Position numbers and translations under genes: made by a program | Origin: a virus | Taxonomy: Duplodnaviria > Caudoviricetes | Reading direction: 5' to 3' (one strand) | Virus record (IMG/VR): IMGVR_UViG_3300044710_000053 | Location: 1,769 to 65,768 of that record | Length of the DNA stretch: 64,000 bases | Notes under the pieces: generated by a model | What the model saw: only the letters and a program-made list of their open reading frames with translations | Told to the model about the DNA's origin: nothing | The model's database searches: none | Shown: positions 63,666 to 64,000 of the stretch, in pieces | How positions within the stretch are numbered: position 1 is the first letter of the stretch | Layout: every line of letters starts with the position of its first letter

Positions 63666-64000
63666 GCTTCGGCGGCACGGGCCACTACACGACTGGGATC
63701 ACGGCTGGGCAAATCCCGCAGAGCGCGATCAATCAAGGCTCACAGCAGATGATGCAGCCCAGCAGCTTCGCGCCCCCGCCGGGCCAAGCCTTTTCGGGGC
63801 AGCAGCTCGGCGCGCTCAATTCGCAGTACGGCGACTTGATGCGGCAGAGCCAAAATGCCGGGGCCGTGGGGCTACAGCGGCAGATGGCCCCACAAGCCGC
63901 GCAACTTGGCCTGCAAGGGCAGATGGCCAACGCCAACGCGGGACTAACTCAGCAGCAGCAGCTTACGGGCCTACAATCTGAAAACTTTCAGGCCCAGCAG
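63662..64000 (+). CDS. 3'-truncated Gln-rich probable internal virion protein (not in ORF track)
   Basis: GGAGG SD, ATG 63662 MSFGGTGHYTTG...; open to the window end. Confidence 0.65.
   Translation, partial: MSFGGTGHYTTGITAGQIPQSAINQGSQQMMQPSSFAPPPGQAFSGQQLGALNSQYGDLMRQSQNAGAVGLQRQMAPQAAQLGLQGQMANANAGLTQQQQLTGLQSENFQAQQ

Larger units (their letters stand above)
1..64000. mobile_element. Large part of a tailed (podovirus-like), probably temperate bacteriophage genome; likely Planctomycetota host
   Basis: Terminase, portal, capsid, adaptor, nozzle, ejection proteins, integrase, RecET and rep/DnaC present; dense small ORFs; no host housekeeping operons; no tape-measure or sheath gene recognised. 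Confidence 0.93.

Noticed and set aside
63662-64000. Direct circular join of window end to base 1 (frames happen to match)
   Set aside because: One-in-three coincidence at an arbitrary cut with no terminal overlap seen; both ends do lie in the ejection-gene cluster, so circular permutation with a missing segment remains plausible
1-64000. tRNA/rRNA genes, reverse transcriptase/DGR, inteins
   Set aside because: No convincing cloverleaf, RT motif or intein splice motifs seen by eye; a tRNAscan/HMM run is needed to exclude them

Overview
The whole window reads as most of one GC-rich tailed-phage genome, probably temperate and podovirus-like. No host housekeeping flank is visible. Several genes point to a Planctomycetota host: a RimI-like GNAT, CsrA, the integrase style, CxxCH cytochrome-like proteins and a small conserved protein at 41.9 kb. 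Layout: (1) 1-5.2 kb, + strand: end of the internal-virion/ejection genes, including a 1323-aa LPD38-like protein. (2) 5.6-7.9 kb, +: tyrosine integrase. (3) 7.85-42.1 kb, almost all on the - strand. In transcription order this arm holds small early genes, an Xis-like HTH, CsrA, RecE/RecT, an intact IS1595 with passenger genes, a structured non-coding region, a replication initiator plus DnaC-like loader, nucleases, two methyltransferases (one broken by a 9-bp insert with an amber stop), RusA and the GNAT. It ends in an envelope-directed block: sedolisin protease, secreted NucA-type nuclease, two CxxCH proteins, many small membrane proteins and a sigma-70-like factor. (4) 42.1-43.5 kb: mostly non-coding divergence region. 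(5) 43.5-64 kb, +: scaffold, capsid, decoration, terminases, portal, adaptor, glycosyltransferase, tail fibre, nozzle and ejection proteins. I found no tRNA, rRNA, CRISPR array or recognisable endolysin. The most unusual signals are the paired phage-encoded c-type cytochrome-like genes in the envelope block, and two tandem promoter-plus-structured-RNA units with fully covarying stems just upstream of the replication initiator. All family calls come from motif recognition by eye; no database searches were run.
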